A DNA stretch of 64,000 nt from contig NC_134027.1 in the NCBI RefSeq assembly GCF_964204645.1, positions 24,080,560 to 24,144,559 of the forward strand, written 5' to 3'. A program made the position numbers and the translations under genes. Shown here one piece after another: positions 23,050 to 35,305 of the stretch. A model generated the notes under the pieces. That model did no database searches, was not told where the DNA came from, and worked only from the letters and a program-made list of their open reading frames with translations. Position 1 is the first letter of the stretch. Each line of letters starts with the position of its first letter. This DNA comes from Tubulanus polymorphus. Lineage: Eukaryota > Animalia > Nemertea.

Positions 23050-23900
23050 AGCTTAAACTAGTCTGCATTTGTTAAATTAGGCTTAAACTAGTCTTAATTC
23101 ATTGATTAGGCTTAGACTAGTCTTAATTCATTGATTAGGCTTAATCCTTTCAGTGCATCTACACCGCCGTGCGGTGTATGAATCGGTGATGGATTTTGCG
23201 AGTACATCGCACTGCGGCGTATTGATTTAATTAGAATTTAGTAATTATCTCTCTTGAAAAATGGCAGCACCTGTCAAACATAGTGAAATACTAGTAACTA
23301 ATGATACACTGCGCTGCGGTGTAGACGCACTATAGTGGTATTCCCGTTATTCAACACACTAGGGCGGAATTTTTCAAAATTTTCATATTATCTCCAGCAC
23401 TATAGGGTATTGATTAGTCAGCACTGAAAGGGTAAAACTAGTCTTAATTCATTGATTAGGCTTAAACTAGTCTCAATTTATTGATTAGGCTTAAACTTGT
23501 CTTGGTTTGTTGAATTACATAAGCACTGACCGGTCTTAATCTATTGAATAAAGCGTAGCCTAGATAAACTGGGTTATAAAATTAAAACGAGACTTTAGAC
23601 TGGTTTTAAAGCGATTGATAGGCTCATTCTGGTTTTAAGTTGTTGAAACTAGTCTTATATTGTTACATCGGTTTTAATATAGAACGAAAATGAGCTTAGA
23701 CTGGTATCATAGTTGTTAGATCGGCTAGGGAAACAGATTGAGCTTATGTTGTTAGATTGGCTATAGAACCCAATCGAATTGAGCTTAGACTGGTCTTAAG
23801 TTGTTAAATTGAGGGTCATACTGGTTTTAGTCATGAAGTAGTCTTTCAGTGGCTTTAGAACCAAAATGAGCTTATACTGGTCTAAAATTGTTAGATTGGC
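23050..23900. repeat. Degenerate about 29-bp tandem repeats interrupted by a piggyBac-type MITE
   Basis: ttaaactagtcttaattcattgattaggc units drifting toward gactggtcttaagttgttagattggc, which is also internal to MITE 43960-44097. Confidence 0.7.
23145..23432 (+). mobile_element. piggyBac-type MITE
   Basis: TTAA then tcctttcagtgc...gcactgaaaggg; homologous to 25915-26192. Confidence 0.8.
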
Positions 23901-23987
23901 TTTACTCAGGTTAGGCTGGATTGGGCTTTTGTCTCGTTCGGGGCTTGGACTGCTGTTGAATTGTCTCAGGGTAATTTACCTACATAC

Positions 23988-24120
23988 CTGAAGGGTTTGC
24001 CGGTTCGTAGAAGTCGCCTTCAGTAATTTGCTTTTTGAGTTTTTTGAAATCACTGCCGTCGAACGGCATAGCACCATAAACTAGCGTGTACAATAATACA
24101 CCTAAACTCCAACAATCAAC
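23988..24120 (-). CDS. NUAK: NUAK coding exon 5 ([22 protein letters not shown]...)
   Basis: Kinase subdomains IX-X; GT-AG, phases 0/1. Confidence 0.96.
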
Positions 24121-24462
24121 CTGAACAAAAACAATCAACCGTCAAAGATTTTGTTTTCAAAAGAAAAAAAAGATCAATTCAGATCTTTTTGCACTGTAAA
24201 AATCTGTCTCTTGAAATCCAAATTGAATAGTTAATAGTATACAGTATATCCTGTTGAAGTCATTATTTCCGGCACAGGTATTTTCTCTGAATTTAAGCAG
24301 GATTGACTGTACTTCATATTATAGTCAGAAACATATTTCAACAAATATCCTAGTTAAAATATTTGAATCGATCGGACTGAATTGACCAAAATCTACGGTA
24401 TCGAAGTGAATAATTGTGAAAAAAGTTTTCAAGATTGATCTTCAAATCCAGCAGAGAGTTAA

Positions 24463-24971
24463 TTCTTTCAGTGTGTCTACTTCACAGTGCTGTGTATAAA
24501 TCTTGATGAACTTTGCTAGTACACCGCATCACAATGCAGTGATGCTATAAGTACTTAGTTATTCTCAATTATAAAATGGCATCACCTGTCAAACATAGTT
24601 AGATATATGTAACTAACGATACACCGCGCCACGGTGTAGATACATATACTATCTCTGAAAGATGGCAGCACGGTCTAATGCTATAAGTACTTAGTTATTC
24701 TCAATTATAAAATGGCAGCACCTGTCAAACATAGTTAGATATAAGTAACTAACGATACACCGTACCACGGTGTAGATACATTATACTATCTCTGAAAGAT
24801 GGCAGCACCGTCAAAAATTGTGAAATATTAGTAACTAATGATACACCGCGCTGTGGTGAAGACCCACTAAGCGGTATGCCCGTTATTCAACACACACTGG
24901 GTCGGAACGTTTTAATATTTTCAAATTATCTCCAGCACTTTCGGGTATCGATTAGTCAGCACTGAAAAGGG
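24463..24971 (+). mobile_element. piggyBac-type MITE with internal duplications
   Basis: Same family ends; the atggcagcacctgtcaaacatag...gatacaccg block is present about three times. Confidence 0.75.
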
Positions 24972-25011
24972 ATACACGTTTCGACCGTTAATTTGAATTA
25001 CACCAGCGTAC

Positions 25012-25131
25012 CTCCGGTCCGTTGTACGGCAGTCCGTTGACTATCTCGGGTGAAGCGTAAAGAGGACTCCCGCAGTACGTTTTCAACATGTCTTTATCGT
25101 TGAATTCGTTCGATAAACCGAAATCAGCGAT
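25012..25131 (-). CDS. NUAK: NUAK coding exon 4 (IADFGLSN...[12 protein letters not shown])
   Basis: DFG and AMPK-related T-loop; 120 nt, GT-AG. Confidence 0.97.
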
Positions 25132-25914
25132 CTGAAATTACAACGACAACCACGTCAAGTCGACTATTGATTCCGTAGATCCCCGATATTGATGACGTAG
25201 CGCACATCCATTCAGAATTCGTAATCGAAAAGATTAGGAAAATTAATCAATGAGAAAATATTCGTATAAAATGAATTCCAAAATTCACAATTGTATATAA
25301 TTGTTATTTTGAAACGCCAGTAGTACACATCGACTCACACAGAACCCCTTAAACCACACATAGCAGTCATCAATTTACATAAACATCATTGTAACAAGTA
25401 TATGATCCAAAATTTTGAGTCAGTGCTGAGGCTTATCTCTCGTTCAGGGAAACATATATTAGTTTTTCAATTTTATCGTCACATATTTCTTTTAGATTTT
25501 CAGCCATGTTTACTGGATGAGTTTATGAAATAGGGTCAACCAGTAGAGGGCAATTCAACGATATCATAGGAAGGTTTATAGAAACTTTAGAAATTTAGAA
25601 ACTTTATAAACTATTAGCAGGGGTGGAGCCAGGGGGACTGACGAGACTTGTACAAGTCCAACAATATCTTTTTAAGTGCCCTTTTTTATTTTGTCTACGA
25701 AGATACTTGGTGCATATCAGTCAAGGAATACTTCATGGACATCAAAATGCCTTTTTGGGATGTAAAAAGTTCTTCAGACCTGGCCCCTCAGTGCGGGAGT
25801 GCACAAAATGTTGCCTTCCTGGACATCAAAGTGCCCTTTTGGGATGTGCCAAAACAATCAAAATCGGCCTCTGGATCCACCCCTGATTAGAGTTACATAG
25901 AGGTAATAAGTTAA

Positions 25915-26192
25915 CCCTTTCAGTGCGTCTACACTGCAGTGCGGTGTATAAATTGGTTATTGACTTTGTTAATACACCGCACTGCGGTGTATTGATGTTA
26001 TTTGTAAACATCTTTATCTCTAATGAAAGATGGCAGCAACTGTCAAACACAGTAAGATAAAAGTAATTAACGATACACTGCGCCGGGTTGTAGACTCATA
26101 ATAGCTGATGCCTGTTTATTTGATGCACTGGACTGGAATTTTTCAAATTATCTCCCGCACTTTAGGGTATTAATTAGTCAGCACCGAAAGGG
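25915..26192 (+). mobile_element. piggyBac-type MITE, best-preserved copy
   Basis: TTAA TSD at 25911-25914 and 26193-26196; TIR CCCTTTC(A/G)GTGC. Confidence 0.88.
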
Positions 26193-26219
26193 TTAAAACT
26201 TGAAACTTTAAATCAATGG

Positions 26220-27182
26220 CTACCCGTATTTCACCAAATTTCTACAGCGTGTTTTCGCGCAGAAATATTCGCGAATTTCTCGTCCCAGCAAAAGATACAC
26301 GTAGAAATTCACGACATAGTTAAACATCAGGGAATGAGTAAACATGTCTAAAATGAACTCCAGATTCGCCGTCGAATTCGGCAGAAACGCCGCGAAAGAC
26401 GACGGAAACGTGAATATCGCGAACACGATCGAAACCGTCACGAGCATCACCGTCGTGCGTTTCGATTTCGTCGTTTTGCGATCGCACGCGACCATTTTCG
26501 AACCGGTGAACAACCGAGCGATTATAACCGAATTCGACGTCATTATCAAAACTAACGGCACGATGTAAACGTACGCGACGTACGATATATAATATACCGA
26601 TTCGTCGTAGACCTGGTAGTAACATCCGAAAAACTGGTCGGAAAACTTCACCGTCAATCCCGGGTAACCGCCGATCGCAAACGCGTTGAATACGAAAATA
26701 CAAACGACGGCGCATCGGGCGAAACGCGGCGTGCATAGCAGACGCGACGCGAACGGGAAGAGCACGACCGCCGCGCGTTCTAGCGATATCGCTACCAACA
26801 ACCACGAACTGCACGCGCTCATCGACGCCACGAGAAACTCGTTGATCGCGCAACCGATCGGCGAGTTGATCGCGAAATAACGCGCGTCGCTCAGACGCAC
26901 GATCGCGAACTGTAAAACGGGCATCAGCGTTGAATTGAGGCAGACGACGAAATCGCTCACCGACAACGCGATCAAATAGTTGGCGTAGGACAAACGCCGG
27001 AATCGCCGGCTGATCATGATCAGGACGGTCGCCGAATTGCCGAACGCTCCCAACAGGAACACGATCGTCAGGACGACCAATAACGTCGTGCGGTAGACGA
27101 CCGATTTGTTATTCAACGACAAAAGACCCGTGTAGTTGTAAGGCCTGATAACGAAAATGGGCGTTACGTCGGTAGAATTCAT
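26220..27182 (-). CDS. Intronless rhodopsin-class GPCR (orphan, peptide-receptor-like), 320 aa
   Basis: Seven hydrophobic segments; GN in TM1, LSVSD in TM2, C at the top of TM3, SLER (DRY site), YIVP in TM5, FTFP in TM6, NFYVY in TM7, helix 8 with Cys; N-terminal NxT sequons. Confidence 0.92.
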   Translation of the reverse strand: MNSTDVTPIFVIRPYNYTGLLSLNNKSVVYRTTLLVVLTIVFLLGAFGNSATVLIMISRRFRRLSYANYLIALSVSDFVVCLNSTLMPVLQFAIVRLSDARYFAINSPIGCAINEFLVASMSACSSWLLVAISLERAAVVLFPFASRLLCTPRFARCAVVCIFVFNAFAIGGYPGLTVKFSDQFFGCYYQVYDESVYYISYVAYVYIVPLVLIMTSNSVIIARLFTGSKMVACDRKTTKSKRTTVMLVTVSIVFAIFTFPSSFAAFLPNSTANLEFILDMFTHSLMFNYVVNFYVYLLLGREIREYFCAKTRCRNLVKYG

Positions 27183-27910
27183 GATGGTTTCAACATCTGG
27201 CGTTCGGACTGACTGACTCCCGACTCATATCATCAGCTTAGTTTGCAAATGAATGGACACATTCACATTTCAAATGAAGTCTAATTCGTTCATCGTTTTT
27301 TAGAAATGAAACTATTGTTGACAGCGTATTATATCAATTCTTGGCAATTTACTGCGATTTGCGAAAATATATTCAGTAAATTGAAATAGCTGTACCCGAT
27401 CGAATTAAGTGAGAATTGAATTAGCGATTTCTATGGACGAATTAAGTGTGAATTGAATTAGCGGAAACCTCCACTGAACGGGTTACACAAACATAAGTTC
27501 TATAGATAAAGCAAGTATGAAAGCAAATGAAGAACAGCTCAATTCCTTTATGTTCAACAGGGTGAGCACTTTGCACCTGTTTACGAATTCCATGATTCTT
27601 TCATGTCATGACACAGAATTCCCCGAGTAATTCTGCAGCGGGTGAATGCAGAAATTCCTCGGTTTACACTGTAACGATCTATCAATTTTTCATGGCAATA
27701 GCACATCCAAATTCCACGATTTTTCCAGGTTTTTTTTCAAAATCTCTCAAATTCCCTTTTCTAAATTTTTATTAAGTCCGTGAGTTTGTCCAGGTCAGTG
27801 GCCACCCTGTTCATATCAGCAACTTCAGCCAAGCCCTGACATAGTTCATTACAATGTCTGTTACAAAAAGGCTGGCCGACATCCTCCCCGGCAGGGATTC
27901 AACCTGATGG

Positions 27911-28294
27911 CATTGCTACACTCAGCCACAGCACGAACCCCGGCCTCACGATCCCCCGTGCGCAGGTACATGCCCAGCTAAGATGATGCCATTATTCTTT
28001 TTATCTTGAAATAGGGCTTGACCCTGTTATTTATTTGATTGGTAGATTTCATTTGATTTGTCTTGATTTAGTGTCCCTCACAAAGCCACCATACCTGCCG
28101 CGAGCGAAACAGGGATGCCATCATTAGCCAATCAGTAATCCTACTTTATCTTAGCCTGGGTTTTTCCATTTATCATCCACGAAATTTGCCTCATGAATTA
28201 TGAAAGAGGCAATCTGATTTCGTGTGGCAAACCAGCGCATGTACCTGTACACCCGATCTAGCGTGGCAGAGGGCCGTGGCTGAGTGTAGCCATG
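27911..28294. mobile_element. Probable MITE with interrupted TIRs
   Basis: gctacactcagccac (27915-27929) is the inverse of gtggctgagtgtagc (28276-28290); inner pair caggtacatgc/gcatgtacctg. No TSD found. Confidence 0.5.
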
Positions 28295-28330
28295 TGCAGG
28301 CATCTAAGTCACTGAAAATCAAATCTCTAC

Positions 28331-28548
28331 CTTCGCGTTGTTATTCTCGTCGAGGACGATATTTTCGAGTTTCAAATCGCGGTGAACGATGCCGGCTTTG
28401 TGACAGTGATGAACGGCCGACACGATCTGTCGGTAAAACTTGCGCGCGTCCGTCTCGCCGAGCACTTTCTTGTCGCTGATGTAGTCGTACAGTTCCCCGC
28501 CGGCGGCGAATTCCATCACCAGGATTATCTTCTCTTTATTCTCGAATA
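28331..28548 (-). CDS. NUAK: NUAK coding exon 3 ([24 protein letters not shown]...HRDLKLEN)
   Basis: Catalytic loop HRDLKLEN; GT-AG, phases 1/0. Confidence 0.97.
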
Positions 28549-28954
28549 CTGAAAAACGAAAAAAACGTATTTCATAAATCCAGATGAAATACGTTCGCAA
28601 GTTTTTGTTATAACAACACCAATTATAGAACTAATTCTAGACAATTCACTGTAAAGATTTCTGGACCTCTTCTCTGGAATACCATCCCTAAACCGATTCG
28701 TAATTTTACTAGTTTATCAGTATTTCAACGTAAATATTTAAAATTCCTTAAATTATCGTGATTATGTATTATGAACATCCATGTTGCATTTCTATGTTTG
28801 AATGTATTTGCTGATGCAATGTGCGTGTAGTGTGCATGTGTAAGAGTGAATTTGCATGAATGTTAATTTCTTTGTTTTGGGGTGGCACGGCTCCGATAGA
28901 TCCTTAAGATCTCTCTGTGTAGCCCACATTTTCTTGTTACATTTTTTCACTGTT

Positions 28955-29350
28955 ATGAGGAGAGAATCCCACAATGATAATAAAAAGTCCGAAAATGAAA
29001 CTTCGAGATAGTAGTTTATTTCAACGTTTCGACTATATCCTAATAGTCATCTTCAGGAATAATGAGATACTACAGAAATTATGAGATATATATACAATCC
29101 AGAGACAAAGAGACTAATTCAAGTAATCACTTGAGTAATCACTGATTACTTGAATTAGTCTCTTTGTCTCTGGATTGTATATATATCTCATAATTTCTGT
29201 AGTATCTCATTATTCCTGAAGATGACTATTAGGATATAGTCGAAACGTTGAAATAAACTACTATCTCGAAGTTTCATTTTCGGACTTTTTATTATCATTG
29301 TGGGATTCTCTCCTCATCGCGTCAACACGGATATTGTGTTCTACCTATCG
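28955..29350 (+). mobile_element. Penelope-like insertion: inverted pLTR pair plus 33-nt tail
   Basis: 175-bp arms 28955-29129 and 29143-29317, unpaired tail 29318-29350, direct repeats TTTTCACTGTT(AT) at 28944 and 29351, hammerhead motif in each arm. Confidence 0.85.
29213..29252 (+). ncRNA. Minimal hammerhead ribozyme motif (inverse copy at 29020-29059, minus strand)
   Basis: TTC-CTGAAGA-T-GACTAT(taggat)ATAGTC-GAAAC-GTT-GAA; palindromic AACGTT at stem III; GUU triplet. Confidence 0.78.
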
Positions 29351-32300
29351 TTTTCACTGTTATATTATATAATATCAATCATGTAATAATGTAACAACCA
29401 AACGATAAATAAATACTACTATACTATACTATACCTAAAATCTTATACATTTATCCAGAAAAAAGACTCTTTGTTCTGGATCGTATATATAAAATCCAGA
29501 AAATATTTCTTCAATCTAGAGGAGTTTTTAAGCAGTCGAGGAGTAAAATATGAACCCGGTTATTTGATTCATGGTTAGTTCAACCATATAGTCGTTCATA
29601 TATCTTCACGATCGATCAGGATGGTCTTTTTATCACCTTTACTGTATTGGCTTTTCGCTTTAAAGGTCGAATTTCGTCATCATCTTTTGCCCATCAGCGA
29701 TGAAGGCACAACGCGCCGCGATTTTTAGCGCAAAAAAAGAATAGAGCATTGTATATGGTATTGAAGAGTTTCGCTACGAGGCATCGATCACACTCGAGTA
29801 TAAGCTGTAATTATAACCGATACAATGACGATGAATACGTGTGATACGCGTATTAAACTGCTGCCTAATAAGGAAGTCCTTATAAAGAATAACGACTGAA
29901 TAATCCAACTTTTAAATCTATGTTTTAGGAGAGAAGAGAGGGAGAGAGGGGGAGTGGGGAAGGGGAGTGGGTAGAGGGAGGGAAGATTATGCGCGCTGCG
30001 TGTGAGGGAGAGGTGAGATGGAGAGGGATGGTACTGAAATGTGAACTATTGCCTAATTAGGAAGTCTAACGTGATTGCCGCGTTTCGTGATGACGACAGA
30101 TTCGACCTTAGAATTGACCACAGAAAGAGTGAGAGCGCAGGCAGAGTGAGACGGGAATGCAGAATGGGGGATGACGTGGATAGAGCGAGAGAGAGAGAGA
30201 GAGGGCAGGGATGGTGCTACAGAGAGCAGAAAGGAAGACAATAAATATAGATGTAATTCGATAATGTTGAAATGAACGACGTTATTACGACTGACGTCTG
30301 CTATCCACCCACTACTACTGCACTAACACTGTAACGAGATTAGCAATAGTCACCCAGAGTCGTCTTAACAGGAAAACTATTGATGGACAAGAACTGGGTC
30401 CAGTTTCCCTTAAACAGGGCTGCCAATCTCTGAATTGTACTATCAGTAACAAATTGAATTTTTTTCAGTGACATTTCAATGAAATGAGGAAGAAAATGTT
30501 CAAATTAATCAGTAAGACCTTCAGTAAGATCTTTCATATTTCTGTATGCATCGAACAAATTGAAACAGTATTTTTCATCATAAAAGAGTAACAAATACTG
30601 AAAATCAGAAACAGTTGAGTTTGGCAGCTCTGCTAAAAAGTTCAACTCGAAACTTTTGGTGTATTTGCCATAGGTTATTTTCATGTTTCCAACGTGGAAC
30701 AACTCAAACTTAACCGTTTTTTTGGTTTAAACTTTTTCATGAAACCGGGCTTGGAAGTTTCAAATTTGAAAATCCCACACCAAATGATTCAACCTTTATT
30801 GTGATCAATCATCAATTTCACCAAAAATTGTCCACCCACAGTCCGCTATACTACATATAGTTTTCAATCTGGTACACTGCAAAGTTTTGTAAAAAGAAAA
30901 TCGACGTAAAAAACAACGGCCTATAATCATATGCGCTGGTACAGCTTGCATTGTGTCACTTATTGTATATATTAAATTCAATTCCTTGGAAATATTAATT
31001 ACATAATTGAAATGATGATATTTGTAGCATTTATATATGATGGACATAAATATCATATCGTATCAAGGGACAAAAAAAATTTTCTTCAAGTTGGACCCAA
31101 TTTCCGACCATTTTACAAATCCCCTGAGTTTTCCATATGATTTAACACAAACGTCCCCACGAAATTTCGAGGTTTGAAATGTAATAAAATTCATTCATTT
31201 TCTATTGAATCAAAAACTGATAAAGAGAAACAAGTGGTCAATAATATTATCTGAATTCCCCGAGTTTTCCCAGGTTTTTGATAAAATATGTCAAATTCGA
31301 GAGTTTTCTAGACTTTCCAGCTCAGTGGCTACCACGTTCTGAGACCAAAAAATATTTCAAGCTGTTTTTCTGTTGAACGCGTGAATCACTGATACTGTTG
31401 GGCTCATTACTGCATTACGACGACCAATGATGGCATTTAAAAGGTTTCAGCTGGCTAAACGCTATTGAAGAGGGGGCAGGTGATAATGATACTTTGTGGG
31501 TGGAATTCGGAGGACGGATAAATCGCCGCGAGAGGTGTGGGTTTAAATTGAGTCTGAACGGCAGTTAAAGCGTTAATGACATTGATTGACAATGAGGGGG
31601 AGGCGACATAAATAATGTATCGATTCGTAGGCGAAAATACCTAAAAATACTAAAGAGTCACTCGGGCTTCCGCGTTTCAATTTCAATCTAAGTCCAATCC
31701 TCTTTGGAAATAAATCAATCAATATTAATGGAGCAAAACATCATTTCGAAATATATACATATAGAAATATAACGTTTTTCTTTCACATTTCATATCTTCA
31801 TTTTCCATCTAATTTTGTTATTTTTCTTGGCATGTTTCGCATCAATTGAATTAAATTCAACCCAATTTTTGCTCTTTTCTATTTTAAATGGAAAATACTC
31901 AGCCCTAATGAAATAATGTCCTTTCATTTTCCGCATGGCGCGATTACAGGATTCTTATAGATAAACGATTCAAAAAATTCCCCGATATTCCGATGACTTT
32001 CCCTGACCCACAACCGGTACCCGTTTAAACTACAAGATATATCCTCAGTGGAGGCTGTTTCTTATCGAGTGGTTCCTTACGCCACTCGTCACCAGCAAGA
32101 ACAACCAAAGGCACCAAAAATTCAAATTTCCAGACTTTTAACCGATTTTCAAAGCCGGCCAGGATTCACGGATTTTCTCTGTTGAATAGTAATAGTAATT
32201 TAATTTCTATAGCCCCCTTTTCACTGTGATTCAATGTTCAGAGGCACTTTCCATTAAATGTGTATTGTTACCCCAAACCTCTAACTTTTACCATTTATCA

Positions 32301-32645
32301 GTCATCCCTCCCTGAGAAATAACATCTTAGCAGCTGTCAGGCGCTCAGCAGTCATCTATCAGACCGGGTACCCATTTACTCCTGGGTGTAGGACACTACA
32401 GTAACTTAAGGGGGGGGGCGGGGGGTGGTGGTGCGACTTGACATCAAACCCACGTCGACCACATCGCTTACTCATAAATAAATCTAGAAGTCCGCGATGA
32501 TCTGTAAGAACCGTGCAAATAGAATTTTGATCCTCAATTCTATTCGAGGATGAATTCGGATATTTTCAACTACAGACAGTCAGTAGCAAAGCCGTCGCTG
32601 TAGACGGCGTAGGCCGAGCTCGCTTCAATCAACAGTCGGTGTTAC

Positions 32646-32766
32646 CTTCAGTTATATTGACTATGTGTGGGTGTTGTAAAGACGACATGATTTTGATTTC
32701 GCGTTGTATTCGTATCATGTCCTCTTCGTGATGAATCTTGCGTTTGCGAATGTACTTGATGGCCAC
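32646..32766 (-). CDS. NUAK: NUAK coding exon 2 ([36 protein letters not shown])
   Basis: VAIK lysine and alphaC glutamate; 121 nt, GT-AG. Confidence 0.96.
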
Positions 32767-32991
32767 CTACAATATTTTTAGAAAACGAGAGAAAGAGACG
32801 GAGAAAAATTATGACTCGTCGCGGAACTCTCGATTGAAATTAGAGCGTACGTATTCATTCATTCCGCTAAAAATAACATCATTACTCGGCGCTCGTTCAA
32901 GGTTTCAACGATTAGATGTTTCCTTTTAAAATGGAATCAGCGGACTTAACACGTCACTGACAGTTGAGTGGGTTTGGTTCGTCTCAAGAAG

Positions 32992-33440
32992 CAGTTCCAA
33001 AGTTGTGTGAATTTAATTTTGTCTTAATATCCAGTTCCAAAGTTGTGTGGATTTAATTTTGTCTTTAAATCCAGTTCCACCGTTGTGTGGGTTTTATTTG
33101 ACTCTGAATTCAGTTTTACAGTTATATGGGCTTAGTTTCCGTTGCCACAGTTGTGTGGGTTTGATTTGACTCTGAATCCAATTCCACAATCATGTGATCC
33201 ACTGTCCACAGTTGTGTAGGTTTAATTCATCTCTGGATCCAATTCCACAGTTGAGTGGGTTTCATTTGATAGTGGATCCAATTCCACAGTTGTGTGGATT
33301 TAATTTGACTGTGAATCCAATTCCACAGTTGCATGGGTTTAATTTGACTGTGGATCCAGTTACACGGCTATGGGTTAAATTTGACTCTGGATCCAGTTTC
33401 ACAGCCATGTGATCCAGTTACACACTTGAGTGGTTAATTT
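32992..33440. repeat. Tandem array, about 39-40-bp unit
   Basis: atcca(g/a)ttccacagttgtgtgg(g/a)tttaatttgactct repeated about 11 times. Confidence 0.9.
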
Positions 33441-34048
33441 GACAGACATTTTAACTCAAGTGCGCAATCAAATGACAGTATTGAACACTGTCGTCGATTA
33501 GACCTAAGCCTATCGAACAAGTTTATCAATAACTCAATAAGACAAGCTGATACAAGTTGATAAATTAGTCATCGAACAATCCTTCTAGTCAGAAGCAATA
33601 TACAATGCGAAAGTGAAAATGAAATATCGCAATTAAGTAAATTGTAGAGAAATAATTGACAATTAAGAAAGAAACTCTCAAATCCAAACTGGGTCTAACA
33701 GTAGAGAGCATCATATTGATTAGTCATGATATTCAAGGCCTTGAAGATTCATTCCTATTTCATAACTTTACATGACCTCCAAGGACCGATATGAAACTGG
33801 ATATATTTCGTCTTATTTTGTCCCTACACAGTTCCAAAACTAATTTCATTGAAACGTCATCAGACAGTCAAATATCACAGGTATCATGTCGACCGAAAAC
33901 CAGATTTTACACTCTAAATAAAGAGTAGGTTTTTTACTTTAAACTCAATCCACTTTGAGAAAATATACTATATAAAAATTCCAGTTTCATGCAAGATCTT
34001 AAAAATTCAAAGCAGATATAGAAACAAGAATGAATCGATCGAACCTAC

Positions 34049-34189
34049 CTTTTCGCCGGTATTTTTGTCTTTCGCGAGTTTCACTTTTCCGTACGTGCCT
34101 TCGCCGAGAGTCCGCAGAATTTCGAACCGGTTTTTTAGGTTATGCCGGTGATGGTGGTAGGGCACATTTTTCGCTTCTAACGAAATCAT
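34049..34189 (-). CDS. NUAK: NUAK coding exon 1 (HHHRHNLKNRFEILRTLGEGTYGKVK)
   Basis: NUAK-diagnostic HHHxHNLK before the Gly loop; upstream in-frame stop; exon acceptor at 34250-34251; probable upstream non-coding exon with donor at 34825. Confidence 0.95.
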
Positions 34190-35118
34190 ATTTCCCGATT
34201 TTAGTCCGTATTCACAGCCAGATGTATATTCCTTTTATTTCAAATCAACCTGGAATCGGAAGTAGAAAATTGTAATAAATTGGTAAAATTTTGATGAAGA
34301 CCTAATTTATAGACCTGAATCAGTCACAACATCCATGATGAAACAATAAATGTAAAATCCCACAATTGTTGAACGACATTTATCCAAAATACTACCCTGC
34401 GTATTACACTGATGATATTAGCCTGCCCTATAAATTGAAGTTCGTAACCAATGGGAATTCTAAGCCCGTAGGCCGTGCCAAAACGAACTACACGCGTAGC
34501 CATCCATTCAGAGAAAGGGATAGCTCCCAGTCCTATGATTTGAAACATTTAAATGTTGTAATAGCCTACATGAAAAGTCAGAGAAAGGCTTCAATTCCTA
34601 TGATTTGGGATCTAGGAGCCAACAAATTTTGTAATCATGAGAAAACAAAAAAATTCAATTTTCATGACTTGTGTCTTGATATCTTTGTCTCAATAGATAC
34701 CTGATTCGTAGTTGCTTTATTGGAAGCCGCGTACTTAAGTTAACAAAAATAATACCGCATCGGCAGAACATCCACTTCGTAAGTAAGGCCAGTAATATAA
34801 GTAAACAATAAACATACCCACTTACTCAAACCCGGAAGTAAAGTTTAGCTATCGTAAACAACTCATTTGAACCGACATTTCGTCGAATAAGCACAGAATT
34901 TTATCACTTCAACTTACACTCTACTCGCCGTCCTATCATCCTGAGTATTCCATCGGTATCCACGACATCCATAGAATGGTAAAAATGCCTTCGAATCGAA
35001 TCTATTTAACGCGAATTCTCTCTCCTACTCCTACACACTTAGTAATGATTCATTCATAATCGCCAGAGCAACAAATTCAATCACGGTTTTATTGTTCAAG
35101 TCAACTAAATATTTATTG

Positions 35119-35305
35119 GTACAATAACCAAACTCAAACTGTGGTGAACGGATAATAAGATAAAAACCCACTATGTTCAAATAGCTGACGATGATCTCTA
35201 GGGTGAGATCGAAACGTCGTGTATTTTAGATTTTAGATTTTTTTAATAAATAGATTCTCGATTTTAAAATTCTTTTAATTTGTACATAGTGTGGGTTTTT
35301 ATCTG
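35119..35305 (+). mobile_element. Second, rearranged copy of the short Penelope-like element
   Basis: Direct repeats AAATATTTATTG at 35107-35118 and 35306-35317. Hammerhead core 35185-35222 is identical to 11266-11303. A short inverted copy of the 3' end lies at about 35158-35180. Confidence 0.75.

Noticed and set aside
26320-26853. 177-aa overlapping ORF in the GPCR
   Set aside because: Alternate frame kept open by CG-rich codon usage.
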